A stretch of DNA of 64,000 nt. Source: Camelus ferus (taxonomy: Eukaryota). Where the stretch lies: the NCBI RefSeq assembly GCF_009834535.1, contig NC_045698.1, positions 5,272,001-5,336,000 of the forward strand, read 5' to 3'. Positions 1-13,392 of the stretch are shown in pieces; the first letter of the stretch is position 1, and the number at the start of each line of letters is the position of its first letter. The position numbers were made by a program, and so were the translations under genes. Under the pieces are notes generated by a model. It worked only from the letters and a program-made list of their open reading frames with translations, was not told where the DNA came from and searched no databases.

Positions 1-899
1 ACCACTAAACTTCTTGAAAAGTAGTGACCACTCTCCATTTCGCTTTGCTTCTTACCCACTTCCTAGCTTCACTGTTCAGCTGCCATCAAAACTCACTGTT
101 TAGCTGGAAGCACCTGCTAACCCAAAGGCATTTGCCATCCTAGATTTCTGCAGGGTTGACTTTTGTTACCAACTTTTTTGGCCACTAGGGGAAAAAGATC
201 CTTGGAGGGAAGAACCAAAACCTTCTGTCTTGGTTCCCGTCACCTGGTCCCACTCAGGATCACTGACTGTGTTTTTCTCTGCACGTTTTTTGATGGACAC
301 TCCTTCTCTTCCCATCGGCCAAACACACACATGTTCATCAGGGCTCCACCCAGAGGCGTCTTTTCTCCCCGTTCGTGTTGGTCAGCTTTCAGCGCATCAC
401 TCATTTTCAGTCATTCTGCCTGGATTGATGGCTCTCAGTGCACTAATTCTGCCTCCATCTTTTCTTGGGCTCTAGACTCAGTTTTCATTACCACCACAAA
501 CTCAGAATGTCCAAACCCCATTTTCCACCAGACCACGCTTGTTTGTTGTCCTCTCTGTTTCTGTTGGTGACTCCCCACTTCTCACCCTCAGCCCATATTT
601 AAATCTCCCTTCTTGTGTTTTCTCCTTTGCAACTTTCATAAAACCATTGTGCTGCTGTGTTGTTGGTATTTGCCATTCCCATGGCCACCTCCTTAGTTTA
701 GGGTTTTGCTGCACCCTCCCTTGTCAGATCCACGCCACGCACCAAATCATATTGATCTGTGACAGGCACGGTTAGTGTCAGGGCAAAACTGAGCCTGTAA
801 GCACCCTGACCCGGTTAACAATGCAGCACCCTTTGCAGGTGTTCATTGAGCTGCTTGCTGCAAGGCAGTATTGTGTAATTGTTGTGAGTGTCGCTCTGG

Positions 900-1010
900 C
901 TCGTCATTGTTGGTTTCGAATCCTGTGACACCCCTTGATACCTGCGTGACTCTGGGAAAGGTGTGTAACCTCTCTGGTCTTTTGTTTCCTCGTCTGTAAA
1001 ATGGGTGTGT
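900..1010 (+). mobile_element. MIR SINE fragment
   Basis: MIR core-like 'gtgactctgggaaag...aacctctctggtc...gtttcctcgtctgtaaaatggg'. Confidence 0.7.
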
Positions 1011-1029
1011 CAATCCAATCAAATGATAC

Positions 1030-1356
1030 AACGTGCCATGAACTGAGTGCTTGTAAACAGCAGAAATGTATTGCTTATCATTCTGGAGGCTGGAAGTCCA
1101 AGGCCAGGGAGCCAGTGTGATGGGGTTGTGGTGAGGACCCTCTCCAGGCTGCAGACAGCCGACTTCTCCTTGTACCCTCACGTGGAGGAAGGGGGCTCTC
1201 TGGAATCTCTTTTATAAGGATCTTCCCTCATCTCAATCATGAGGCTCTGCTTTCATGATGTAATCACCCCCAAGCCCCCACTGCCTAATACCATCACACT
1301 GGAGGCTAGGATTTTCATATGAATACCAGGGGGGCACGAACATTCAGACCAAAGCA
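1030..1356 (-). mobile_element. MaLR solo LTR (MLT1A-like)
   Basis: 'ttctggaggctggaagtccaag...ggtgaggaccctct...ctaataccatcacact...aacattcagaccaaagca' matches the reverse complement of the MLT1A-type consensus. Confidence 0.8.
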
Positions 1357-1465
1357 ATGGAGTAATGACATCACCTACCTCAGTAGATAGGTGCGTATCT
1401 TATACATTTTATTTTCACTGAGTAGAGGCACATTTTCCATGAATATGTGGATGTGCCCACATTGT

Positions 1466-1630
1466 GCTCTGTCTCTGTCTCTCTCTGTCTCTTTCTCTCT
1501 AAATATATATGTATATAGACAGATACATATAGATATATAGAGAGAGACTATATATTTATATAAATACATTCACATATGTCATCATTAAGTTTATATATTT
1601 ATAAATATATATATATTTAGAGTACATATA
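1466..1630. repeat. (TC)n/(TA)n low-complexity tract
   Basis: Directly visible dinucleotide-rich run. Confidence 0.9.
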
Positions 1631-2407
1631 TGCATTCTGAGTTCCAGATGGCCTAAAGAGCGTCCACAGAAAGTAGCTGACACTTTATAGCAGGACGGAG
1701 GGACAGCTGAGGCTCATTTGACGTGGTACTGGCTTCCCTGGGACATTTTTAAGAGTCATAGTAAAAGCAGAGCCAGCATGTTCATCTTCAGAGTCCTGGG
1801 GGGGAAAAAAGAGCCAGCGCAACCCACAGACACCAGGAGATACTTTTTCAGCCGACAGACTGTGAAGAAGGAAATGTGGAAAACCAGGGAGACTAAAGGA
1901 TGTCCCCACCTTGTTACCAGTGAGAGAGTGTCCAGTTCATGTGAGGGCTTTGGGAAGCAGATGACTCCCTGGGCCACCGGGTCACCAGTGGATACATCTT
2001 CATCACACGCAGTGCCTTCTTTCTAGGAACATCTCTGCCCCCTCTTCTTTTATATCATCACTTAAAGACATTTCTTTACCCTGAATAAAGATGAGGGGAT
2101 GATCAATACTTGAATTAGGAGCCTGATTCTTTGTTTATTCAATACCAGGCCCTCCAGATACCCATTTTGTCCTCATTTCTGTGCTGCTCACATACCCGTA
2201 CTGCAGAGAAGGAGAGAAGTTCTAACAGCTGCTGGAGGGAGAAAAACTGGGATAACTGCTGTGGGGCGAGAGTCAGATCTGCATTTCTCATCATTGACAC
2301 CAGGCATTAAAAAACAGTAGAGCAAAATCTTAAGTACTTAAGACTTAAGTATTTTGCACTTTGATTTGTACATCAAGTCAAAGTGCCATTCGTAAATGAG
2401 CAGTATG

Positions 2408-2613
2408 AACCTTTAATGAAAAAAATATGAAAACGAATATATGTATGTATTATGCGTGACTGGGGCATTATGCTGAACACCAGAGACTGACCCGTTGTAA
2501 CTGATGGTATTTCAGTAAAAATAGATAGATAGGTAGATAGGTAGGTAGATAGGTAGGTAGATAGATAGATAGGTAGATAGATAGGCAGATAGGTAGATAG
2601 GTAGGTAGATATA
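2408..2613 (+). mobile_element. 5'-truncated L1 3' end with a (GATA/GGTA)n tail
   Basis: Similar to the L1 3' end at 29455-29555. Flanked by a 15-bp near-perfect TSD, taaatgagcagtatg (2393-2407) / taaataagcagtatg (2614-2628). Confidence 0.85.
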
Positions 2614-4141
2614 TAAATAAGCAGTATGCTTTTCAGGCTCACGTGGACTCAGAAAACGCAACCCCATACATGTATAATGACACGGAAATTTGAAGACTTC
2701 CTCCAGTGAAACAAAGAAAAATGAATTCAAACAAAAGAGGGAATAAAGGAAACTTTGTGGGCCCAGAAACTGGTAAAACTTGAGAATTAAGACTAAATAC
2801 TAAGAATAAATAATTATAGTTGCCTAGTGTAAAAATAGCACTGTTAATTAAAACTGCAAGAAGAACAAAATTCTAACATTTAAAAATCACATGGTTTCTG
2901 CTTGGGCGTTTTTAGGTAGATGACTGTCTTATCTTGTCTAGAAAAACTGATTTCTTGTAGAAAGCAACATTTAAAAATAGGGAATGGTTTACCCCATTGC
3001 TTTCAGCCCCAGTGAGTATTTTTTATTTCAAACTACGTTAAATGAGAGAATTAGATTTTCATATCCATCAAAGTAGATTATGTGTTAAATTTTAAAACTT
3101 CTTTAAGTGGTAATTCTAAATTCATTGCAAAGGAAAAAGACATTGCGTATATAAGGACTAGCCATTCTGAATTATGCAGTTTGGTACACTTACACTTTAA
3201 TATCTTTCTTCCATCCATGTGCAATAAAATCTCAGTTTAAGGACCAGGTAAATAGTGCTTATTACATTCACGCTGTCAAAGTCAGAATCCCCCGAAGCAC
3301 GTTATTCACTTTAGCATTATTGGTACCTGCATTTACATAACATCTTTCATCTGAGGGAATCGAGTTCTTTATAAATATCATAAATAGCACATTCCACAGA
3401 ATTCTCTTATCCTGTGCTGTTATTGCCATAAGTACACAGGGCAGGGAATTTCTGAGGTTTTAGCAAAAGTTTGCACAGGAGGACAATTTCACCCAATTCC
3501 TGAAACCAAGACTCAAGAATAAGTTTCATTTGTGAATAATTTGCTCTTGGGAGCATTTTCCTTTACCTCCGCGTGTCCGGGCGTCATCGTCCTGAGGCTC
3601 TCCTGCTGGAAAAAGTCACTGTGAGAACGTTCAGTGCCCTCAGGAGAGCTTGAAGACCTTGCCTCTAACCAGAAGCCTTCACTGAGCAAACCCGTCCCCC
3701 GCTGGAATGCGTGGCAGTGCCTTTCCTCTTCTAGGGCAAAGCTCTGCCCGATTGTGACCGACCCTGGACAAGGGTTTGCTGTTTTATTTGTTTGGCTGGG
3801 TTTGAGCCTGTCTGTGCCTGGGTTTCCCGCTCTGTATCATATGAGTAGTGGGAGTGCCGCCCCCAGGGCTGTCCCAGGAATGGCGCATCTACGCCCGGGT
3901 CTGGGGCAGCCCCCAGGCCCAGCGAGCACGCAGCGCACCGGGGCCCGTGGCCAGCAGGTGGGGCTCGTGGGGATATGGAACTGCACGGGCTCCCCGTCTC
4001 CATGAGTTGTAAACTGATGGTTTTGCACAGGGTTTCATCTATTGCATGAACACTGAGAAATACTCCTGAATATTCTGGGGAAAAGTAGCCCCGTCTCGAC
4101 TTTCAGAATTTTGCAACGCTTTTGACACTTCTTAAAAATTA

Positions 4142-4160
4142 GGGGCGGGGGGGGGGGGGG
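4142..4160 (+). repeat. Poly-G run
   Basis: ggggcgggggggggggggg; could form a G-quadruplex. Confidence 0.9.
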
Positions 4161-5873
4161 GAACAGATTTAGGAAGGTGAAGAGGGACCGAGAATGAAGG
4201 CTGTAAACCATCTAGTGTGTTGGAGGACCTCTGACCTCTTATTTTTGTCTTCTCTTCCCACCATCCCTTGGCAAAATTTTAGAAATACTTGAAGGTCTGC
4301 AAAGAATCATCACTTCTCATTTCTGCAGGTCAAAGTGTCCTTGCCTTTTGATGTTACCTGATGTTCTCTTTTTCTCTCCATCGAAATACTTCAGACTAAA
4401 AATGCAAAGCAGAGGGACAAATCATCGGCCCCTCTGCCTTCCTCTGGCCTCCCTGTGCAGGCCCCGGGGGAGACACAGGCGGAGTGATCTCCGCGCTCCC
4501 TCCGCTTCAGTTTCCTCACGTGTGAAATGAGGGCTCTGAACCTCCATACACCTCCCAGCCTAATAGCCCATGATTCTACATTTTAACTAATATTATTTTC
4601 AATATCTCAGAAACCTTCAAAGAAAATTCTGTGACTGGTTTCCTTTTTTCATTTTTACTGCATCTCAAATTCTGGCTATGACTTTGAGGTGTTTCCGTTG
4701 AGTTTTCACACCTTCCTATCTGTGGAATCTGTTTCTGTCCTGTGAGTGTAGCATTTGTTTCTCAAGGCACATTACTCCTATTTTATTAGGTAATTATTTT
4801 CGAGAATTTTAAGTATTCTTGTATGCTCATTCCCAGAAACTCTTCAGAGCAAAGCATCCAGATAAAACAGCTTCTTAAGTGAACAGCTATGTTTGCACTT
4901 ACAAGTATGAGCGCTACAATGACATAATGGAAAACAATATTTGTACTAGAAGTGTGTTCTACGGCAAATGTCATCAACTGGTGATCCAAGAGTGTCAGCC
5001 TTCTAGTGGTTTCAAGTGACAAGCACTCACCAGGGCAATTTCCTGGAAATAGAAAAAGGCAGAGTTTCCTAATAATTTAATGAAATCTTTATCAAGTAAA
5101 ATGCCAGGGGACAAAAGGACAGACTTACAGTGGGAACTGAAATATATAAAAATGTATGTACACAATAAACTAGTCTTGAGTCTTAAAATTTAGGAATTTT
5201 TAACTGTAGAAAAATGAATTAAAATAATTTTTGTTATTTAATATAATTTCGATGAGCAAGAAGGTATAATTTTAGATTTGTGAAGCGAGCCATTTCTCCC
5301 ATTATAGGCAAAATAGATATCCGGTCAAGTTCTGAAAAGTAATAGAATTAGATAAATGCCTTTTGCTCATGCTATGGCTTACGTAAACACTAATGGCGCA
5401 GAAGTTGAGCTACTAAAACTAATCTAATAAATCACTGGTCTGGCTAAGAAAATGCTTATCTTTATGTCCTCAGGGTCACACAAGTGGGATCCTCGTAATA
5501 TTTAGAGATATACTCTCAGTGAAGGAACTTCTTTGTTCTTTTCTCAAACAACATGATAACAGTGTGATATTTCCTGCTCTGCTCCTCACGTGGAATAACA
5601 ATTGAGTAAAATGTTCTTGAACCACAAATATTGTGTTGATATGGAATGGAGCATTGATACAAAAATTATTTTGGTTTGCATTCTGATTTTGTAGGGATTC
5701 ATCATAGAAATTTGAGTTCTCTGGAGAGCAAGCACAGCTGAAAGCTCAGGGCTCTTCATCAAGCGAGGTAAATGTAACAAATTCTGAGAGCCTGGAGGAG
5801 CTCAATGTGACCTTTATTAATCTGCATGCTATTATATGCATTTAAAGACAGTGAGGGACAGAGGAAGGAACTA

Positions 5874-6159
5874 CAGCTGATGGTTGAACAACTGGAGTTT
5901 GAACTGTGGGTCCACTTATATGTGGATTTTTTTCAGTAGATACTACAGTACTACATGATCTATGCTTGGTACTCCATGATCTGTCGTTGGTACTCCATGA
6001 TCTGTGCTTGGTACTCCATGATCTGTGCTTGGTACTACATGACCTGTGGATGCAGAACCATGGATACAGAGGGCCAACTATAGGACTGGAGCATCCGTGG
6101 ATTTTGGTGTCCATGGCGGGTCCTGGAACCAGTTTCCAGTGGATACTGAGGGACAACTG
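5874..6159 (-). mobile_element. Tigger2-derived non-autonomous DNA transposon (MER8/Tigger2a-like)
   Basis: Ends ta|cagctga... and ...gggacaactg. Internal 'tttgaactgtgggtccacttata' and 'ggattttggtgtccatggcgggtcctggaacca' are typical of MER8/Tigger2a. Confidence 0.8.
5948..6048. repeat. 21-bp minisatellite, about 4.8 copies
   Basis: Unit gtact(a/c)catgatctgtgcttg at 5948, 5969, 5990, 6011 and a partial copy at 6032. Confidence 0.95.
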
Positions 6160-6349
6160 TGTGTATATGTGTGTTTTCTGCTACTCACTTTATTTCTGTG
6201 GAGGAATAAGAGCTGAAGAAGTACAGTGAATGGTACTTCAAAGTGAGGAGGGCTTTGCAGGGAGCCTTGCTTGCAGCACATCTAAATGTTGGTTCATGTC
6301 AAGGTCCTGGTCTCCAATCTGTTCTGTGACTCACTCCCTTGAGGTTCTT

Positions 6350-6665
6350 ACCCTTTCTCACAGCTTTAAAACTATCCCCACACTGATTACTCCATAGCTG
6401 TGATCTCTTCCTTGAAATCCACACTCAAAGGCCAACTTACCTAGTCTGTGTTTTCATTGGAATATTCAGTGAGCATCTCAAACTTAACATGACCGAGAGG
6501 GAAGATTTGATTTCCCCAAAACCTACTTTGCTCCTGTTACCCTCTTAGGAAGTGATACCACATTCACCCAGTTGCTCAGGCCAGAACCATAGGAGAAGTC
6601 AAGCTGGTCTCTGCCTTTTCTCTGACTCCTCATATCCAGCAAATCGTGTTGGCTTTGCCTCCCAG
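6350..6665 (+). mobile_element. L2 LINE fragment
   Basis: 'gcatctcaaacttaacatg', 'cacccagttgctcaggccagaa' are L2 3'-region hallmarks. Confidence 0.75.
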
Positions 6666-6829
6666 GGAACCCAAACCCAAGGACAGCTTATAAGCCATAT
6701 ATAAATGGGTGTGAAACAAGATTTAGCCCATGGGACATAGATTGATGACACCTGGTCTTTATCACTCAGTTCAAAAGTAAACATTATTACAGAAGGAACT
6801 TTGAAATTTTGGTTTATCACTATGTCCCT

Positions 6830-8820
6830 GAAACAAAAAAGACAAAAATTCAAAGCAGCTACAATAAATATGCTCAAAAATTAAAAAAAAAAGAACATGC
6901 TAAAAGAAGAAAAGGAATGTGTAATGACAGTGTCTCATCAAATGGAGAATATCAATAGAGTGATAGAAATTTTAAAAGACCAAATGGTAATTATGGAATC
7001 AAAAGTAGAATAACTGAAATAAAGATTTCTCTGAAGGGGATTTGAATTGGCAGAATAAAGAATTAGTAAACTTAAAACTAGATCAATGGATATTATGCAA
7101 ACTGAGCAGAGAGAAATGGAGAAAGATGAACACAGTTTCAGAGAAATGCAGGATTCCGTTAAGTGCACCAGCATAAGCTGAGGGGGAGTTCAGGAGGAGA
7201 GGATAGAGAGAAAGCAGGAAAAAAAATTTCAAATAAATAATTGTGAGCATTTCCCCAAATTTAATGAATCCAAGAATCTAAAAAGAATATAAATACAAAG
7301 AGATCTACACCCAGATACATCATAGTGAAAATGCTGAAAGCCAATCTCAGGGATAAAATCTTGAAAGCAACAAGAGAAAAATGTCTCATCACTCTCCAGG
7401 AAACCCTAATAAGGACAATAGCGGGCTCATGAGAAGCAGTGGAGGCCAGAAAGCAGTGGGATGACATATTCAAAGCACTGAAAGAGAAAAAAAATAACTG
7501 TCAACCAAAAAATTCATGTTAAGAAGATAAATATAACAAACTCTATGAATATATGCTTGTTTTTATTTATTCTCTCTTCTTTAAAAGACATAAAATTATA
7601 TACAGTAACAATTATAACAAGGTGTTACAGATGTTATATGTGTATCACACTATAATGGCAATGATTGTGTGCAATAACTATTGTTGTGTGCAACAGTGAT
7701 GGCACATGAAGGGGGAGGAATAAATAGAAATTGAGAACATGACCTTAAATTTTATGTAGAAATGCAGGTTACCCAAAATAGCCAAAATAATACTGAAAAA
7801 AATAAATTTGAAGAACTCACTCTTCCTGATTTAAGAACACCTACAACTCTATAGTAATCAAGAAAGTGCAATACTGGCACAAATAGAGATCAGTGTAATA
7901 GAATTGAAAGTCCACAAATAAACCATCACATTTATACCAATTATTTTTGACAGGAGTGTCAATGTAATTCAGTGGGGAAAGAATACTATTTTCAACAAAT
8001 GGTGCCGTGATAATTGAATATCCACATGCAAAGGAATGTAGTTGGACCCCTTCCTCACACCATATGCAAAGAGCTAATTCAAAATAGTTCGAAGACCTGA
8101 ATGTAAAAACTAAAACTATAAAACTCTTAGAAGAAAATACAGCCATAAATCTTGACATAGGATTAAGCAAGGTTTCTTAGATGTGATATTAAGAGCACAA
8201 AAATAGAAAAAAAAATCAATAAATTGCACTTCACAAATTTAAAAGTTTTCACTTCAAAGGACACCATCAAGAAAGTGTAAAAACTCACAGAATGGGAGAA
8301 AATATTTGCTAATCGTGTATCTGAGAAGGGACTGTGTCTAGAAAATATAGAGAACTCAATAACAAAAAAATCAAAGTACTCTAGCTGGAAAGGGCTGAAG
8401 GATCTCAGTATGCATTTCTCCAAAGGAGACACACAGATGGCCAGTATGAGTGTGGAAAGATGCTCATCATGAGCATCTGGGAGATGCAGATCAAACCACT
8501 GGGATATCACTTTACACTCCCTAGAACGACTGCCGTCAAAAAGACAGAAAGTAAGACTTGGGGAGAATTTGGGTGAATTGGGATTCTTGTGCATTGGTGA
8601 TCCAACTGTAAAATGATGTCACTGCTTTGAAAAACAATCTAGCAGTTCCTCAAAGCTAAACAGTGAGTTACCATGTGAACAAACAATTATTCTCCTAGAT
8701 CCATACCTGAGAGTAATGAAAACCTACGTCCACACAAAAGCTTGTGCATGATTGTTTATAGGACCACTGTGTATTATTCGTAACAGCCGAGACGTGGCAG
8801 CAACCCAAATTTCCAAACTC
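6830..8820 (+). mobile_element. Old degenerate L1 (ORF1 and ORF2 remnants, internally deleted)
   Basis: A-rich. ORF1-like 'aaaatcttgaaagcaacaagagaaaa...gaggccagaaagcagtgggatgacatattcaaag'; ORF2-like 'ttttcaacaaatggtgc', 'aaaactataaaactcttagaagaaaa'. Many stops. Confidence 0.9.
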
Positions 8821-9249
8821 ATCCCTTTAGGAATCTACTGTCTGCTTGTTTCATCTCACCGGCAATGGTTTTCCTGTCTGTGACAGGGAAATTATAGCCA
8901 TCCATCTAGCTGTATGGCATCAGAGAAGTGAGACCTTGTCAAGCACATGGAGGAACTCCTCTTTGTCTAGATTTGTGCCTTATTACTTATTGAAAGATGT
9001 CCATAAATATTAACATCATCAATTATCATGATTATCCATCATCACCGTCATCAGCAAACCTCTTCCCTCAGAAACCACCCCTCCATGCCCGGCTCCCTGC
9101 GAGACTTGGATGCTGTGGCCTTGTCTTTTTTCTTCTTTTGTCTCCAGCTGAACAGAGGCAGCTTCTGCTTGCCACGAGTGGTGTTTATGTGGCTGGGCCT
9201 CTGATATTCCACTAGAGCTGTTCACAAGCAGTGTTTTCACTGTCCCGTG

Positions 9250-9715
9250 GATAAGGTGTAACTTTCCCCATCTGCATGTGCGCTCAGGGCAGTCCACAGA
9301 GAGAAAAGACTTGTCTGCTTGTACACCTGTCAATCATATGTAAGCCAACCAATCCAGGGCCCACACCCCAGCCACCTCCTCTGTCTGGCTCTCACACTCC
9401 AAGCCATTGTCCATCGTCCCTAATCCCTCCAAAGCAGGTACCAGACAGGTAGTGACGGCCCTCAAGCCCACTGTAATTATTCAAACTAGCCAATCCAGAG
9501 CCTGCTGGCCCTGCTTGCCTGGCCTTTCCCATGGAAATGACAGTAAAAACTTGCCCACATTTTCTCCCTCACTCCTTCTGCCCCTGACTGACTCTGCGGT
9601 CCTGCGTGGTGCGCCATGCCTCCTGTTTCTGGGCACCTGCGAGTATAGACATCTCTTCCTTTACTACGGTCATTCTTGTGTCTCTGTGTCTTACCATCCC
9701 TGATTAAGACCAATC
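9250..9715 (+). mobile_element. ERVL-type solo LTR (MER54/MER74-like)
   Basis: 'attattcaaactagccaatcc...cctttcccatggaaa...cttgcccacattttc' resembles the MER54/MER74 group. 5' boundary uncertain. Confidence 0.6.
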
Positions 9716-11644
9716 ACAGCTACATTTTAAATCAGGTGCCAAGTGAGAAAGAATGAAGTTATACCGATTACTTAAAAAATCAGGGATACTGGAAAAAAAT
9801 GTTTTGCGGCACAAACTCCGTAAGTGGAAAAATAGATTTGAGGAGCACAAGTGAACCTCCCGAAACACAAAACCCAAAGCTTTTCCCCAATTGTCTGAGC
9901 ATCTCCTGACCTTTCTCCCCACACTCCTGCATCTTGTACACACTCCAGTATTGCTGCTGATGCTCTGAATGAAATGATGATTAAAGGGTGTGTGAAAGCT
10001 GCTTCTCAAAAAAATTCGGTTCTTTAGAGCCTTGTGGAATAAGGATCAATATAAAAAGGAAACAGGGTACAGGGAAGAGATATTTTCCCACATTTTAATA
10101 AAGCGGAATTGAGTGGGGTGGCATGGCTCTGGGAACAGAAATCATTCTCTGTTTGTAGGACAGCTGCCCAGAGAGTTTTGTTTGCCTATAAAGATGCTGA
10201 TGGGACATTTGTGGTTAGTGGACCATTCCTTGGCGACTTGGCAGAGGGGAGGCCCGCAGAGGTCTGCAGACAGGGCATGGGGCTCCCTGCAGCAGCTCGG
10301 AAGTGTCCTTTCCACTCTGGATCATGTAACTACCGGGGTGACAGTGGCCGAATTCAGCCCAGTGCCCAGGAGTTCTGATTTGAAGCCCAGCATCAAGGGA
10401 TTCTTCTTTAAAGCCATTTGTTGGGCAAGAATATAGAAGGAACGATGTAGAAAGTGTACTTTGTTTAATGAGTGCCTCTTCTAGTAAATAAATTGTATGT
10501 CCATTAATAACAATATTCTCCCACCTCCATCTCTTAAAAATGATTTCGCCCTGCTGAGGTTTCCAGCCCTGAGCAGGAGATTTACAAACATTTATCACAG
10601 ACATAAAAACTGATCAATAAAACTATAAAAGGTAAAAGTTTTAAATCACTCTCTGATTATAGCTGTGGGCACTTCCATTACCTTTTCCATTAAGTCGTGA
10701 CGTATAAAAATATTGAGCCATTTACATTACAGAAACAGAGAGACTGATGGGAAAGACTGACTAAAATTGCTATTTCTCTTGCTGAAGGAAAAGCCGGCTT
10801 TCAGATATTAGCCATAAAAAATTTTGTCCTTAATTTTGGTAAAGGATGGAGATATAATAAACATAACAACATCGAAAAGTATTTCTTTTATCTACCCTTG
10901 AAAGTAGGATAAGTTTTGGATATGTTTTTAAAAGATTGCCGTTACATTTTTTGTGTCATTGTTATCAGTGTTAGCGATAAAAGGAAACCTTTGTATGTCA
11001 CTCTGCAAATTTCATCTGTCCTTTGTAAGTCCTTTTCTCAGATTGAGCCCATTGTCCCCGTGAGGACCTCAGAGAGGTCTGTCTGGGTCTCAGTGGCTGA
11101 TGTGAAGGTGGCTCTTTTGACACTGGTTTTATTTTGTTAAACATGCACATATTAAATCAAGAGGGTGAGGCTTGGATTGTGTTCTTTATGAACATCTTGG
11201 AATTACAGCTTCCCTTCGTTTCTAGGAAAAGATCTCTCCCTCAGTGACTTGCTCTGCCCGAGACGTGCTAACCTTCATTGTTACATAAGTTCTGCAGTGA
11301 ACTTTGTGGGGGGAAAAAAGCAATAAAATATTACCCAGAGGGGAAATAAAAATGTAAAAAAAAACAAAAGGATGGAAAAAAGGGAACGAGATTTTGGAAT
11401 GGACAGAAAGAGTAACTTCCACGATTCTGGGCTTTTCCCATGTTACTGTGTTGGAACTGATAACGTTTCAATTCCCTTGATTCTATTAAACTGTGAGTGT
11501 AGACAGGGGAGGGCTTGCATTTAAATGCAGATTACTGGTAGTTCTGTTACTGGGCTTTATTTGTTACACTGAGTGTAATTGCTAAGAAATTTGGATTCCA
11601 GAATATTCTGTTCCTTTCCTTTTCCCACGACAACGCCCATAACC

Positions 11645-11860
11645 CTGGCCTGGAGTGTGGACAGTGGGGCCGGCCAGGCCGGGTTGGTGTTTGGCGCTTG
11701 TGGGATGTCAGGCAAAACGCTCTTTTTGTTCAAGCTTCCAAGTTGTAAAAATGGGATGACAGTCATCCCATCCCGTGTTGCAGCTTTTAGTGAGCGTTTA
11801 ATGAACAGAAGCTGTGACGAGCTTGCTCTTTTCCTGGTGCGTATAGCTCAGTAAATATCA
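11645..11860 (+). mobile_element. MIR fragment
   Basis: 'tgtaaaaatgggatgacagt...cctggtgcgtatagctcagtaaatat'. Confidence 0.55.
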
Positions 11861-12074
11861 GGGAGTTTCTTACTCTTTAGATACTCTTCACCCACCGTAT
11901 CACTTAGAACATTGAAGATGTTCAATACTTGCTTATTGATTCAAGCAAGAATCACCTTAGCCTTCTGCAGTTGAGACCATTTCTTTTCATACGTTTAATG
12001 AGGGTAAAATATTATCACGTGTTTTATCCCCTCTCATGAGAAACATAAGGTTTCAAAAATTATAAATTTTTACC

Positions 12075-12600
12075 ATCACTTGGGATGAATAAATCTTGGC
12101 TCCTGGGGGAAGAGCCAGTTTGTGGGGCAAGTTAGGAGTTCGGTCTTAGGTACAAGTATGAGAGGTTTGTTAGAAATCCAGGGAGAAACACTGAGAAGGC
12201 AGTTGGAGCTGTAAGTCTGGAGTTCGGGGCCACAGGCCAGGCTGGAAATACACATCGGAGAGTAGCCTGCAGGTGAGTTGCATTTGAGGCTCTGAGATTG
12301 GACCCAGCCACCCAGGGACCCCGACATCAGAGCTCCACAAGAGAAGGAGGTGTCAGCAAAGGGCCCTGAGAAGAGGTGATTCCTGCAGCAGGTGGGAGGT
12401 GGGGCCAGTGTGATGCTCAGAAAGTCAACTAAATCAAGAGTCTCAGGAGGAAAGCAGACAGTGAGCTGCGTCCTCAAGGCGAGCGGTTCTGCAGGGTGCA
12501 ACGGGCAGCTGGGGAGAGAGCCTCCTTGCTGCAGGCTCAGCAGAGACGGGAGGAGAGGGATCAGAGGAAGGATGCAAAGTCTACTCTTCGGGGAAGTCTG
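12075..12600 (-). mobile_element. L2 fragment
   Basis: 'aggcagttggagctgtaagtctggagttcgggg...ggctggaaatacacat' is the reverse complement of the L2 3' region. Confidence 0.7.
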
Positions 12601-12822
12601 GGAAACAAGATCGCCCATATCCTGACATCAGTTGTCCGGATAAGTAACCTATGATGGCCTGAAACAGTAAAAAGTGAGGCCAGATCTTAAGACCTGAAAA
12701 CGTTTATTTAGGAGAAAAATATAGCAATGAGTCTTGCTTACTTGCCATTGTCCTTTTCTGAAACACGTGCGTGGGAGCTATTAACAGCTGGACCAGAATG
12801 TTTCCATCACGTTTCAGAAGTA

Positions 12823-13392
12823 CTATTTTTTAATTGAAGTATAGTTAGTTACAATGTGTGAATTTCTGGTGTACAGCACAACGTCCCAGTCATGCATATA
12901 TTTGTTTTCATATTCTTTTGCATTAAAGGTTATTACAGGATATTGAATATAGTCCCTTGTGCTACACAGAAGTTTTTTTTTTTTTACTCTATTTTTATAT
13001 ATCATGGCTAACATTTGCAAATCTCAAACTTCCAGATTTATCCCTTCCCACCACCTTTCCCCCGGTAACCACAAGGTTGTTTACTATGTCTGAGAGTCTG
13101 TTCCTATTTTGTAGATGAGTTCATTAGTGTCCTTTTTTTTTCTTTTTAGTTCCACGTATGAGTGAAATCATATGGTATATTTTTTTCTCTTTCTGGCTTA
13201 CTTCATTTCGAATGATGATCTCTAGTTCCATCATATTGCTGCAAATGACATTATCTCTTGATGGCTGAGTAGTATTCTGTTGTATAAACATACCACAGCT
13301 TCTTTATCCAGTCATCTGTCGATGGACATTTATGTTGCTTTCATGTCTTTGCTGTTGTACACAGTGATGCTCTGACCGTTGGGGTGCACGTA
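12823..13392 (-). mobile_element. L1 3' end (ORF2 end + 3' UTR), lineage-specific type
   Basis: T-rich start 'ttttttaattgaagtatagt', then 'ttctttatccagtcatctgtcgatggacattt'. Reverse-complement match to 29101-29555. Confidence 0.9.

Noticed and set aside
100..830. Possible ancient ERV or gypsy internal (gag-like) remnant on the minus strand
   Set aside because: Only a compositional impression with no diagnostic motif; it needs a Dfam search.
5948..6048. Possible CRISPR-like array
   Set aside because: Head-to-tail 21-bp units with no unique spacers, no cas genes, and a eukaryotic intron context.
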